Assembly (NCBI GenBank): GCA_965645245.1 | Contig: OZ287069.1 | Location: 2,976,001-3,040,000 of the forward strand | Source: Massalongia carnosa | Taxonomy: Eukaryota | Length of the DNA stretch: 64,000 bases | Reading direction: 5' to 3' | In this document: positions 23,246 to 36,196 of the stretch, piece by piece | How the letters are laid out: the number at the start of each line of letters is the position of its first letter | Numbering within the stretch: the stretch's first letter is position 1 | Position numbers and translations under genes: made by a program | Notes under the pieces: model-generated | What the model saw: only the letters and a program-made list of their open reading frames with translations | The model's database searches: none | Told to the model about the DNA's origin: nothing

Positions 23246-24878
23246 ATGGGGAAAAGAGCAGCAGAGATTACTGAAGGCGAATTAACGGTATTGAAAGATG
23301 GAGAGAGACCTTTGAGAACTGAGAACGGTGAAGACTTTGGAGACTTTGAGGATGAGTTTGAGGATGAGTATGAGAGCGAGGATGAGATGTTCGAGGCTGG
23401 TGTAGATGGGCTGCCCGATGAAGAACGAGAAGCTGAAGATAGTCGGGGTATGTGGATCACGCTGGCGTCATTGTGCGAATCTGCTCTTCCAATTTAACAT
23501 CCAAATTGCTTACATTATGCAGATGCTATGAATTTGGATCAGCAAACTTTCATACCTGGGCGTGACCAACTTGGGGCTGGAGAATCGCTTTCGCCAGATA
23601 CCTCAACATATGAGATGCTACATACCCTTAGTACTCCGTGGCCTTGCCTGTCGTTTGATATCATCAAAGACTCTTTAGGTGACGATCGTAAGGCGTACCC
23701 TGCAACCTTGTACGCCATTGCAGGGACGCAGGCAGAGAGCAGAAAAGCCAAGGACAACCAGCTGATGGTAATGAAGCTTAGTGGGTTGGGTAAAATAGAT
23801 CGCGAAAGATATGAGGAGGATGGAGACGAAGATGAGGACGATGAAGTCACTGAGCCTATTCTAGAAACGAGATCAATTCCCTTAACATCAACCACCAACC
23901 GAATTCGAGCTCATCAGATCCCTTCATCGGATTTCTTCAAACCACCCATGACTTTCGCTGCCATATTTGCTGAGAGCGCACAAGTCTTAATTCATGATAT
24001 TTCACCTCACCTCACCTCGTTCGACTCCCCAGGAACTATTATAACTCCGCAGCACAACAAGCCTATAGTTACGCTTACAATGCACAAAACGGAAGGCTAC
24101 GCTTTAGACTGGTCTCCACTCGTTCCTCAAGGGAAGCTTCTCACTGGTGATAATAGTGGTAGGATTTTTGCGACTACATGCGGAGATGGCGGGAAGTGGG
24201 CAACGGATTCTAAACCTTTCGATGGCCACCAAGGCAGTGTTGAAGATATTCAATGGTCGCCTAACGAACGCAATGTGTTTGCCTCTGCTAGCAGTGATGG
24301 CACCGTCAAGGTATGGGATATGCGCTCCAAGTCACACAAGCCGGCGTTGAGCGTTAAAGTCAACAACACCGATGTAAATGTTATGTCCTGGTCTCATCAA
24401 ACCACCCATTTACTAGCGACAGGAGCCGAAGATGGGGAATGGGCTGTGTGGGATCTTCGACAATGGAAACCGGCCCCTACAAATACCTCTTCAACGAACA
24501 ACACCGTGGCCTCTTTTAGCTTTCACAAAGAGCAGATTACAAGCATCGAGTGGCATCCTACAGATGATAGCATAGTCGCAGTAGCAGCTGGAGATAACAC
24601 CCTTACGTTGTGGGATCTGGCGGTGGAGTTGGATGATGAGGAGAGCAGGGATTCGGGTGGGGTGAAGGACGTTCCGCCGCAGCTGCTCTTCGTGCACTAC
24701 ATGGAAATGATCAAAGAGTGTCACTGGCATTCGCAGATCCCAGGTTGCGTGATGGGTACAGGTGGAGGAGGTTTCAGGTAAGGGATATCCAATTCATACA
24801 ACATTTGTCTCTCTATTTCCTATATCGTTACTAAAATTTGGAAAACCGCATAGTGTTTTCAAGACCATCAGCGTTTAG
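23246..24878 (+). CDS. RRB1: Ribosome assembly WD40 protein Rrb1/GRWD1 (3 exons)
   Basis: Acidic N-terminus, YEMLH..WPCLSFD, EGYALDWS, SVEDIQWSP, ITSIEWHP, VPPQLLFVH, terminal VFKTISV after intron 24778-24853. Confidence 0.95.
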
Positions 24879-26325
24879 GAATAGCCAATCACCAAATGTT
24901 CGGTATCCCTCTTTTTATGGCTAAGAAGATTCCGCCTTTCTTTGCGGACCGATGCTATTTCTTCGCTGCGAGCAGAACTATACTATTAAGGGAGACAGAC
25001 CGGTCTCTTTCAATTACAGCATTTCAATCATCATCTAAATAGCATGCTTGCTATTGGATATGCTGCCCCTAGAAGAACGCTGGCATTGAAGAGGAATAAA
25101 GTACAGAGGTTGATTTCCTCAATGTTTGTTCTAAAACTAAACAAACAGCACTGCAATCTCGATCCATAACTCTTTATTGGCCTCAAAGTCAACAATATCC
25201 CAAACCCAGAACGAAAGACCACAAAGTATATTATTGGTATGGCATCAAGTGAACGTATCCTGCAGTTTTCGTGTCAGCCCTGTGGGTTGATGCACAGATA
25301 ATGAAGCGGACACCAAGGCCATACAACTGGATATGGCAGCGCTGATCGTTGCTCTTGCCGTTCTTGTGCTTAGTCTCTGTTATTGATGTTATTAGACCCT
25401 ATCTCTATTGTGACCGTTAGCTCCGCTTCTTCCGTTGTTCCCAACTTGACTAAGTAGTACTCTAATCATAGATCAACCATGCAACTGCAGATAGCTTGGA
25501 TAGACTCATGGAGTATGACACTCCTTGGTGTCTACAAGGAATGTTCCAGACGCGGTGTATTTTGGACGGGGACAGAGCAGCAAAGTACTTAAGGCAGGAA
25601 TTTATGAGAAACATAGTGATTAAGGAGGCCGTAAGATGATTGGAAAAATGCCTGAAAAGGTTATGGGATTGTAGGCAGAATGGCCGAACAAGTCAAGAGA
25701 GAAAACCACAGATTCCTAAGAGGTCGAGAAAAGGGGGGTGGCCGGCAAACCGACCCAGTTAGCTGTGAGAGCAAGATTTGAAGTAGCTAACTGCTACCGA
25801 TGAATTATTGTGGCCGAGAATCTTTATATCTTGGCTTTCCAGGAGCACAAACTATACCAGGTACATTCGTCACAGCAAGTCTTGCCAGCCCGGCCATAAA
25901 CCACAACCAGTCTCCACGTGCATCATCAGTGCAGTCTTTATGGCCAAAGTTTTCGCAGAACGAACTAAAATCGATTGGTTTATATCCCAAGCTATGTCCG
26001 TCTCGATATATACTCATTGTCAACTATCCCTTCCCCTGAAATTTCTCCCATCTTCTACCTACCTACCTACGTCTCTCTCTACCAGGTCACCATAGTCGGC
26101 AAAAAGGGAGGGAGGCCACGAAGCAGTTTTAGGTCACCCATCTAGCTGTCGATATTCTATCCCCAGAAATCCAAGTCACGATATGCTCTACAACCCCTTC
26201 AATTCCCCATAACTCTTATTGATTACTCACCCCCCTGTCCCCACAATCATACTACACCTATTACATAAAGAACCAGGGTCATACCGATTCACGTCCACGG
26301 GCAATAATAGCAACAATACGCAGAA

Positions 26326-27351
26326 ATGAGAAGGCTCACCATGCCTTTCCATCACTTTCTGTCCATTACACTTGCAATTTCCTACTGCGCGCTTAGAAGG
26401 CATGTCTCTGAACCCCTTCGCCGGCTTGTCACCCCCCAACAGTCAAATATCCTCATCATCACTAACACTACCAGTACCACCATCATCACCAAGCCCCTCA
26501 GCATCAGCATCACCAGCGTTACCTTCACACAACGCTCTACCATCCTCCCACCAACACAAAATCGGCCCCACCGCCCTTATCACCGTCTCCCATGGCCCCC
26601 CCACGGCGCACCCGATCATCTCGCACCCTTCCCTACGGAACCCTCCACCTCTTCTACATCCCCTCAGCGCGCAAACCAGCCACTTCTACACGCACAAGCT
26701 CACCATCCTCCCGGTGCCGTTTGGTCGCGCAAGATCCTAAGACCTCTCCTCCGCCGCTGCTACTGGTGCTACCGAAGAGTAGCTACACCAAAGTTCCTGC
26801 GCCGACGTTCCGGACTAGCGGCAAACCGCGTGCAGGGGACATCCGCATTTCGTCGCCAAACGTTTCATTCCTGCCAGCCTGCCACCCGTTCTGGACGTAC
26901 CAACCGCCCGTTCTTTCATCGTGTCAGGCCGATTCTTTCTTCCACCGACAGACGGCTAGTGACTCCTGGTGTCCTCGGGACGCTTCCGCCTAGGGCTACT
27001 GGAGGCCGGCTCTGTCTGCGCGGCGGGGCATCTGACAAACGCCTCCCGTCCAACGAGCGAGTTCCGCGCTCGATATGGTTCCTGGCCGGGGGCTTCGGTC
27101 AGCCGCCTACGGGGGCGCAGCTGCGAGCTTGGAAGTTGAGGGATGGGGAAAGAACGAGGAAGAAGGGCGGGAAGGATGTTGCAGGATTTTGGGCGCTGAT
27201 AGGGAAGGCGCTATTTGGGGGGAGGGGGAAGAAGAGCAAGAAGGTGGAGGTGGGAAGGGGGATGATGCGCCGGAGGCGGTCGATGGGGAGGGCGGAGGGT
27301 AGATCATGGGTGATGGTTTGTATGCGTGTTTTGAGAAAGCATGGTGACTAG
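26326..27351 (+). CDS. Hypothetical protein (gene model uncertain; several overlapping frames)
   Basis: 341-aa ORF with a protein-like C-terminal segment (RVPRSIWFLAGGFGQPPT). The 5' half may be read in another frame (26402-26740). No family recognised. Confidence 0.3.
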   Translation: MRRLTMPFHHFLSITLAISYCALRRHVSEPLRRLVTPQQSNILIITNTTSTTIITKPLSISITSVTFTQRSTILPPTQNRPHRPYHRLPWPPHGAPDHLAPFPTEPSTSSTSPQRANQPLLHAQAHHPPGAVWSRKILRPLLRRCYWCYRRVATPKFLRRRSGLAANRVQGTSAFRRQTFHSCQPATRSGRTNRPFFHRVRPILSSTDRRLVTPGVLGTLPPRATGGRLCLRGGASDKRLPSNERVPRSIWFLAGGFGQPPTGAQLRAWKLRDGERTRKKGGKDVAGFWALIGKALFGGRGKKSKKVEVGRGMMRRRRSMGRAEGRSWVMVCMRVLRKHGD

Positions 27352-30300
27352 GGATTGTCTGTGAAGTGGAGGTTTTGCTCGAGAAGCGTGTTGAGGGATA
27401 TATAAAAGCAAAGCTGCAGCGACTTGATTGGTAGTTCAGGGTGAATGTTTAATATGTATAGATTCTGGATTCCGGAGCAAGAACACTTCACTACAACTTC
27501 TGTGATTGTTTCCCGCTTCCTAAGGACTGGGGAAATTTCGAAGAACAGAAGGGGTGCTAAAGGGAACTACATTGAGCTTCATGCCTGAACAGAAGCTTTT
27601 ATCTCAATGTGTTCAACAGTTAGCTCAATTTGGCCATTCTCATGATTTTGATTGGAAGACAGCACCGAGAATTCTGGCTACGCTGGTTGAAGCAAACTCT
27701 CGTGATTTCACAAAGGAGCCAAAAAGGCCAACAAGACTATTCTCGCTCAAAACTCGACGCTCCTTGTGAATAGCTCCACTGGCAAAAAAAAAAGTAAAGG
27801 ACCGATGCTACTCACCCTGCAACTAACTCCAAACCCGACCCTATTTAAAGTGAGCAGTACTTTGTTCCCATATTCCCTTTACTCAATGATAATAAATAGG
27901 CCTGCTTTTCCCGGGCATCATTTTCCTACCTCGCCTTTCATTACCTTCTCACCTCCCTACCATCTTACCTTACATTCCCGCCTCCCTGCTCTACTTGGGC
28001 TCTCCCTACTCGCCTTCCATGCTGGAGCGGAAAGGTAAAGGCGAAGATAGAAAGGAGGCGGAAAGGCAAGAACGTAGACAAGAGGATATGAGATGTGAAG
28101 GGGTAACAGAAGGATGGAGTTCCGGCTCCGATAGTAGGAAGGTTATAAAAGTAAGATAAGAGGGAATTGGGTGTATTTGACAAGTACAGAAGCAATTCCT
28201 GTTTCTTGGAAATTCCAGATCTAGATTAAAACACCATGCCTCCAGCCGTTTCAAACTCACCATAACTTTACCGTCTTTCTTTTGGGCTGAGATTTGCCCA
28301 TCGGAATGGTCAAAAGGAGTGTTAGTTGATGATGATTTGCACGATAGATAAGATAATAAGTAACCTGAGTTGATGGTTTAGCGGGGAAATGTAGGTGAAC
28401 AGTAGTTTATTTCTTTTTTGAATGTGCGGATTGGCGACTAGGAAAGGGGGTTGACAAGGTATTTTTTTGGAATAATTTTTGGAATCACTCCACTAGAATC
28501 AAGATTGATTCGACACATCTTCACCCCCAAAAAAAGCTCATATGTGAAGGCTAGCCCTATGGCCAGAACCGTTACATCACCGAGTATAGAGTATACTCTG
28601 TAGAACCATTTCTAAAATCCATAGTGGTTCCTAGATCCTTTTTCATCCTCACGCATGGACGTTATCGACATGCATAAGAAACAGCGCGAAGTGGGATGAT
28701 ACCTTACTAGTAGTGGCTTGTAAAACGGCGCGAAGTGGGCTTCGACCAAGACAAAAAGCAATGCGCTGCAATGTAGGGTTCAGTGCTGCTTTGGCGTGTA
28801 ATGTACTCAGTACAGAGTATACAGCGGATGATTGAAATTTACATGAGTAGAATGAATATAAATCCGCCAGAACCGATGGTACTGAGCTTATCACGCGGTA
28901 CGAAACTGTGGCCGCGGAGTTAATTCCTCATAACCTACGGAGCACTCTGTTAGATATTGTCATTCCTTGCCACCAAGCGTGCCGTGGTGAACTTACATAC
29001 TTTGAGACCTGCACCACCTGCACCTTCGGGATCCTTGAAATAATCCTCGGAAATGAAACCCAAAGTAGCCAAGACGAAGCTAAGATTTATTGGGTGGCTT
29101 TAAAGGAGCTGTGAGCCATGCGAAGTAGGGACGCCCATTCTGTGCGATGCACCTCAGATGTGAAACTATACGAATGACAAACAGTATCCAATCCACCAAC
29201 CATCGCGGCTCTTCCCTTGAACTCGATCGAACTTCATGCAGGCTGCTGGAAATCGGCATACCAAACTTCCAAGCCCGAAATAATTTTCCGAGAAGAAAGG
29301 GTCTTGGAATCACGATTGACTTTGACAGCGCGGGTCAGTCAATGCTAAACCTTTGGTAGTTCCGTGGCAACGAGTCATTCCGATCAGGTGCCTTCTCGGC
29401 TTTGACTTAGAATCGAACATCAGGGCCAGGGAGTTGTATGCTGCAACTGCCGGCGGAAACCCCTAAGTGAACGGAGACAGCAGCGAAACCTTTCGTTGCA
29501 TCCTCTATGCCCTGTCATAGTACAAAGGGTACAGAGTCCAGGATAAATGGAAACACGAGGTCAGCCTGTTTGGCTTGGCTGATTTAAAGAACACACGGCA
29601 CGCTGATGGTCTGTTCTCAGCAGTCTTTCAAGTGCGGTTGTACAGCATCTTGTGCAGTAGTTACAAAAGTGGCGAATAGGACAAAAGGTCAAAAAATGAC
29701 AGTGAATAACAAGGGTGGCAAGCGAAGCCAACGAAAGTTCGCTCCTATCTTAGTGGGACGCCAGGAAATGATTCGACAGCGCCGAAGCGGATGCAAGACA
29801 TGGAATCGACTTGACCCCGGATTTCGATCAGAACGGGTTAGATGGATGGGGATGGGCTCAAGCGGCGATGCTCTTAACCAGGATTTCGGAGAACAGCCAT
29901 CAAACAAGCGACGAATACGATGCAACAAGAGGACTTGGCTTAGGAGTGATAATCTTCCAATTACGATGAAAGAGAATCGATGTATGAGGGGAATGTTCAA
30001 CTGATGCGAGAATAATAACTATGCATCTGATCGTCGTTGAATTTTTCTTTTTCCCTTTCAGTTCGTTAAAGGAAATGGCCGGGTCCTGAAATTTCCAATG
30101 CATGCGTCAAGGTTCATGCACGCCTGTGTTATCGACTATCTATCTATCATTCAGATATCGAATATCGACCGTCTATCGTAGGGTCGTCGCCAGGAGGGAA
30201 GAGGGAAAGGCAAGACTCCTTGGGTTGAATGTTGGTCCACTGCTCTCGTATTCTGACCGACGGCATGCTCGACAATTGACATGAGTTTTACCAATCTTCT

Positions 30301-31815
30301 GTACCTCCAGGGACCTTTCCCTTCAAACCTACTGTGCTTCTCCAAATGATAAGCATCCTCGTTGAAGCATACCTATGCTTCCATCATTCGGGTATACCCT
30401 TGTAGCCAGTACATACAAAGGCAAAATAATGCCTCAGCTCACTAGATCAGATGACTGGCGAAGTGAGAGTGATCTGCCTGTTTGTTCCCTCCGGCCTATG
30501 GCTTGTTAGCAGCATGTACAGGAGTCCCGTGTTCAGTCCTGAAGGTGAAGCCTCTCTTGCCGCTTTTAAGTGTGAGCTCGACTAACACCAGACAAATTTT
30601 CGTGGGCATCCTTCATGGCATCCTGATACTTGATGGTTCACGTTTGCCATGTTGGCGATTCATGTGTAAGGTTGTTCTAGATAGAGCTAAGCCTGGTCCC
30701 AAAAAGTAGAAGAAGGCTGTATAGAGTAGAACTGTAAGCTTCCAACAGCAGAAAGTATGAGGCATACAGCAGACTAAACAATCTGGGCAAATCATTACAG
30801 AGTACTGAGTATAGAGTACAACTCATTACATATTGAGTAATCACACGCAAGCATCGTTCGACACCCTCTTTGGTCTTCCCTTCCCTCTCGTCTTAGCACT
30901 AAAATCGAGTAGCCACTAAAACCGCCTGCATTCAACCTTTTGTCAGGGTTAAATGCGCGAGATCATAGTCGGCTCGAATCCCTTCCTGTTGTCCAATAAT
31001 TGTCAAGCGTTTCTCGGTGACGTCGAATTAGCCAAACTCGACCTTCCAAACCTACTCCGTCTCTCAAAGGCCAAAGGAAGGGCCTCACAGATACTCTGTA
31101 CTCTTACGTCCAATCTTCCCAGTCGCTCATATTCTTCTGCCATCCACCAGCTTCACATCCAAAATCAATTGGTAGTCAGCTTGATTGATGGATTAGCGCC
31201 ACGAACCATAGACTCCCAGCTCTCCAGTTTTCGAAATAGCTTCACGACGACTTACCAATTATCTTCCATGCGGAATAAACCCTCTGAAGTTAAACTTTAC
31301 AATTGTGATCAAATCTGCATCTCTGCGCGCAGTCTCTTTTGCATTGAATCCCGTTCCATTGAGTGGACAGGCTGCGCAAGGAGATACTCGAACCGCTTCT
31401 GACGTTGCCTTGTTGTGTATCAAGCGTATGGTTGCTGTTTATCTTCTTTGAGCATTCTGGGCCTATCCAAATACCAGTCATTTTAACATCGGAAGTCAAC
31501 GTCGGCTGCTTGCATCTGCAAACCGATCCTTTACCCGCTTGGGTCTCATGTATTACGGTGAGTAGCCATATTCGTTTCTTTGAGGTTTAGGATAATAATC
31601 ATGATCTTATAGTCCACTGTAGCGAAACCAATCCGTCCCGGGTTACGTCAAATTCTCGACGAAGCCCGCGCTGCCTAGCTAAGCCGCAATTGTCTTTGGA
31701 CTCTGATTGAACGTTACCGCTAGAAACCTTGCGATCTGGGCTTTTAAGCGGTAACAGCAGGGCCATTGTTTGTTTGAGAGACTTTAATTCAGATCACAAC
31801 ACTTTCAGTTCAAAT

Positions 31816-33402
31816 ATGCTGTCAGATTCATTGTCGCTTCAAGACTCAACAATGATCTCTTCACCTAATGGAACAGGATCTAAGGAGGTTTCTTGTAATG
31901 CAAATGACCTCAGTAATGGGGGAGATGGTGGAAATATCACAGGTGGTACATCCTCCTCGTTATGCCACTTTGTCTAAAACTGATAATAGTGTTGAAATCT
32001 AGCTCACCCACATCCAACCTCTTTGAATCAAGATTGTAGCCCAATTGAAAATCCTACCTTCCCACCACCAAAAACCGACAAGCCTAGACCTCATATTTGT
32101 GCTACTTGTACTCGGTCTTTTGCACGCCTTGAACATCTGAAACGACATGAACGATCGCATACGAAAGAAAAGCCATTTGAATGCCCGGAATGTACGAGGT
32201 GTTTTGCGAGACGGGATCTGCTATTGAGACACCAGCAGAAACTCCATATGACTGCTACGCCATCATCTCGACAAAGAGGTGCAAGGCGCGAGAGTACTAG
32301 CAGTACGACGGCAAGCGGGGCGGTAAGAGTGCGGAAGTCGTCAATGGTAAACAACACTGGTGGGGTGGCGGCAGGAACGGGAGCTGGCCCAATGCGTCCA
32401 AGGGCCAACACGATCAGTCATGTCGATCACACTACGCTGGGTATGCTAGCAGCTGCCAATTCCTCAGCGACTAGGCATGAAGGTGGTCTCGGTTTAACTC
32501 TTCCCGGAGTTGGGGGGTATAATTTCCGAGGCATGTCAACGGCCCCAGGACATCATGGACATGCTCATGTATTGCCCAAATTGGAAACCAACGGACTCAA
32601 CATTGACATAAGTGCAAGCCTCCGCACTGCTCCTCCGTACGGGGGCTTAGGAGGCGATATTGATATGGAGAGCCTGTGGTTTGGGCCAGGATCTACGGTG
32701 AATCCAGCGCAGCTTCATTTTTCCAATTCCCCACAATCCTTGACATTCGATACTCCTCCATCACCATACAATCATGGCTTGCCCGCCATACCTGCCGCTC
32801 ATGCAACTATGGATGACGATGGGAATTTCGCGTGGTTCAATGGCTTTGAAAACCAAATGTCATTTGGCAATGAGCAGGCTATTATCGATGGTTCATCACC
32901 TTCCATCATCAGCACAGGTAGTCATAGCGGTTTAAGTGAAGTCATGCTGGATGGGACGAGCAATTCCGTGCACTCTACATCAGTGTGGCAAAACTCCATG
33001 CTAGCTAACGCACCCATTACCTCGGGCTATCCAGTGGACTTTTCAGTTTCCGGATTTCCAGATCTATTTGCTACTGGTCAGCTTTCGCCTAAGTCGTTGC
33101 AGGCTCAGCTTGGAGATAATGACCAATATTTTTCTAGCCCTCCATCAATGCACATTCAAACTCCCTTGTCGATGATGTATGGAGTAAACAATCAATACTT
33201 CCATCCTCCAATGGTCGCTCAATCCGAGACGCCTAGCAACTCAGCAGGTTCTGTAAGCAGCAGTAATCGGCAAAGCTCCATTACCTCGATTTCCACCGAT
33301 TCCATCACGGACTTCACCCGCGCTATCGATCCTTCCATTGATTGCGCTATTTATCTCAGGGATTCGGAAACTCTTGGACGCTTCAAGCAGGAATCCTCAT
33401 AA
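31816..33402 (+). CDS. Adr1/AmdX-like C2H2 zinc-finger transcription factor (exons 31816-31945, 32003-33402; ~509 aa), apparently lacking its C-terminal half
   Basis: Tandem fingers KTDKPRPHICATCTRSFARLEHLKRHERSHTKEKPFECPECTRCFARRDLLLRHQQKLH, plus RPRANT and STVNPAQLH motifs. Phase-1 intron GTACAT...TAG. Confidence 0.85.
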
Positions 33403-34210
33403 CGCCCATTCAAGGCTTCTCATTCATCAATCCCTATGGTTCATCACTTCGATTCTTGTATAATTTTTGCACAAAGCCCCAAAATTTCATCAATGTCACT
33501 ACATTTTTGTCCCAAATAAACGTTCCATATCCCTCTACGGAGACTATTCATATACGTCTTGACGAGCTACGATGAAAACGTACCAAGTAGTACATATTGA
33601 AGGCAGTTTCGAAACGCACCGGGAAAAACGCCGGGGGGGTTGGAACCTCTGAGTTCGGGGAGCACCTGTTAAATAGCGGCATGAAGAATCAAAAGTACCT
33701 ATTCTGTATCCTTTGATTCGTATTGCTTGTTAAAAATATATGTGTAGCTTTATAATGGACTTCTATTCCGACAATGTGTAAACTGCCATCATGATCATAA
33801 CATATTGCATAACGGCGCAAGATCTACTCCAATTCTGCCCCCAAACCAGACTACAGCTCTAGGCCAGATTCCCGCGCGAGTCCATCAGCCCTAACGCTGA
33901 AGCGCGCGTACTGGATCTAATCGCAGCGAAAACCCACGAATGTATCTGACAAGCCACCTGCACAACCTCCGTTGAGCAAGCTACGGATCGAGCTCCGCGA
34001 AAGGCATGGATGGAATTTTCTCCCAGCTAGCTCCATGGCGCGACTTTCATGGGTCGGCGTGCACCCTCCAATCGTTCCTCGGGATAATGCATGAAACATG
34101 GGGGGCACAGCATTAGAACCTTTTCGCTAGCGACTCCTACCAACCACCAACCACATCTTAAAATGTTTTTTAACTACTAACAAGGACAATGTGGTTATGA
34201 GGCCGGCAAG

Positions 34211-36196
34211 ATGACGGATGAGAGTTTCCAGACACCATCCATCCAAGCACGCATTGCCGCTCTGAATCTCGGTCATGTGGGTCGAGCCCCCACTAGAACG
34301 TCTACCGCCGTCGGAAGCAACGAATATCCTTCAGAGCGACCCACACTCGAGCAAAGAAGCTATTCCATCAATGCAGCTTCACAGGTAGGCATTAGTTCCA
34401 TCGCCAAGCATCAAATTGGCAACGAACCCGTCGGATCACGACGGAATGGAATCCTCCCTCCTCCCACCATCACCCGCAACGGGCATGTTGGTTCAAAGCC
34501 AAGGCCGCCACCGCGCCTACCGCCTCGAACACCATCCCAGCCATCTCCGTCCCTGCCGCCGAGAAGGCATCTGAATCGGCAGGATTCTACCGAGTCGATT
34601 GCTTCTACGATTTCCAACATCTCGGGATTGTCCAATGGGACGGCAAGGACTTCGGCTTCAAGGAAGCCTTCCATGGATGGCGAACGCATGATGGCACCGG
34701 TCTTTGACCCGACCAACCTTCTACCACTTCCCCCCAAGCGCCCTATTCAAGGAGCGGAAAAGCAGAGGATAGGAGTGAAAGGGAGAAGATCAACGCCAAG
34801 CGGGACGCCAGTGGAAATCTCACCTCTCCCCAATCTACCCTCACTTCCTCCAAGGCCATCAGCGCGGAATGATTCCTTAGGAGCTGTCCGAAGACTTCCA
34901 TTAGAGCAACCTCCAGCGTCTATAAGATCAGCTTCATCTTTCAGCAGGAACCAGCCCAATGGCAATTTTACCACGAATATGTGGGATAAAACGGTTCCAA
35001 ACCCTTCCTCTACTTTCATTCCCGTTATAGGAGTCTCTCCCTCTGCTTCGATACCACCCCAAGTTCCTTTGACATCCCGCCCCAACCTTTCCAAACCTCA
35101 AGCTAGCAATCAAAAATTACAGTCTACAGGGCTGGCATCATGCCTGCTTTGCCGCGACTTTTCCGGTCCTGATTCCCATGCAGCCAAATATCCTCGAGAG
35201 TCTATCCCATCACTCGATTGGCTAGCTACGCAGCTTGTAGCTCCATTCTCATCCTTGACCGACAAAGCCCGGGCGATCTTCACCTGGCTTCATCACAATA
35301 TCTCGTACGATGTAGTCGCATTTTTCAACAACAAGGTCCAGCCATCAACCCCCGCCTCCACAATTTCCACCGGTCTCGCGGTATGTGAAGGCTACGCTGG
35401 TCTCTTCACAGCCATCGCTACCAAAGCAGGCCTCGAGAGTGTTGTGGTCGGCGGTCATGGGAAAGGCTATGGATTCTGCAATATTCCCCCGGGTGGCCCC
35501 GTCCCGGCCGAATACTCCACTCATGCCTGGAATGCCGTAAGAATCGATAATGGCGAATGGAAACTCATCGATTGTTGCTGGGGAGCCGGTGGCGTCAATG
35601 GAAAAGGACAACCATACAACAAAACTTTTACCCCACGGCACTTCACCATGTCCAACAATGAATTTGGCAACACACATTTCCCCACCAATAAATCTCAATT
35701 TTTCCGCACCGACGGCCGCCACGTGTCATGGGAGGAATATATAATAGGCGACCGCGGCGGAGATCATGTCCGTGTCTATTCGGGCGATGCCGATGCGGAA
35801 GGTTTGTCCGAAACCACTTTCCTCCCTAAGTATCTGAAAATCCCCGTCGCGCCATCCAAGCACAGCGGTCCTACCGTGCGCTTCCAGTTCGAGAAGCGCT
35901 GCGAGCACTGGGACCCCGTCAAGCATGGGCCAGGAAAACCCTATGTTTTCATCCTTGGGGTCCACGGCGTCGATGGCCGCGAAGAGGATAATATCCCGTT
36001 CGAGACCAACGGATCGTTCTGGTGGATAGACGTGACGCCGCAAAACTTAGGGGCGCCTGGGCAGACGGTCTCTATTTACACGATTGCGACAATTGGCGAT
36101 GGGACTGGAAGAGGGTTGAGTGTGGAGGAGTATCGGCTTTCAAAAGGAAGGAAAGGATGGAGTGGAGTAGCTATTGCCGCATGGGAGTTAATTTAA
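34211..36196 (+). CDS. Transglutaminase-like (kyphoscoliosis peptidase/Cyk3-related) protein, 661 aa, Pro-rich N-terminus
   Basis: KARAIFTWLHHNI.YD and a putative Cys-His-Asp triad in AVCEGYA, HAWNAV and IDCCWGAG. Confidence 0.88.
   Translation: MTDESFQTPSIQARIAALNLGHVGRAPTRTSTAVGSNEYPSERPTLEQRSYSINAASQVGISSIAKHQIGNEPVGSRRNGILPPPTITRNGHVGSKPRPPPRLPPRTPSQPSPSLPPRRHLNRQDSTESIASTISNISGLSNGTARTSASRKPSMDGERMMAPVFDPTNLLPLPPKRPIQGAEKQRIGVKGRRSTPSGTPVEISPLPNLPSLPPRPSARNDSLGAVRRLPLEQPPASIRSASSFSRNQPNGNFTTNMWDKTVPNPSSTFIPVIGVSPSASIPPQVPLTSRPNLSKPQASNQKLQSTGLASCLLCRDFSGPDSHAAKYPRESIPSLDWLATQLVAPFSSLTDKARAIFTWLHHNISYDVVAFFNNKVQPSTPASTISTGLAVCEGYAGLFTAIATKAGLESVVVGGHGKGYGFCNIPPGGPVPAEYSTHAWNAVRIDNGEWKLIDCCWGAGGVNGKGQPYNKTFTPRHFTMSNNEFGNTHFPTNKSQFFRTDGRHVSWEEYIIGDRGGDHVRVYSGDADAEGLSETTFLPKYLKIPVAPSKHSGPTVRFQFEKRCEHWDPVKHGPGKPYVFILGVHGVDGREEDNIPFETNGSFWWIDVTPQNLGAPGQTVSIYTIATIGDGTGRGLSVEEYRLSKGRKGWSGVAIAAWELI

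Noticed and set aside
29390..29420. Resemblance to the U2 snRNA 5' end (CTTCTCGGCTTT...)
   Set aside because: Lacks the invariant GTGTAGTA branch-recognition sequence, so probably a chance match.
27400..31800. Many 60-150-aa ORFs in the region upstream of the C2H2 factor
   Set aside because: Random-like composition, overlapping on both strands, with no splice-consistent model. Treated as regulatory/UTR DNA.
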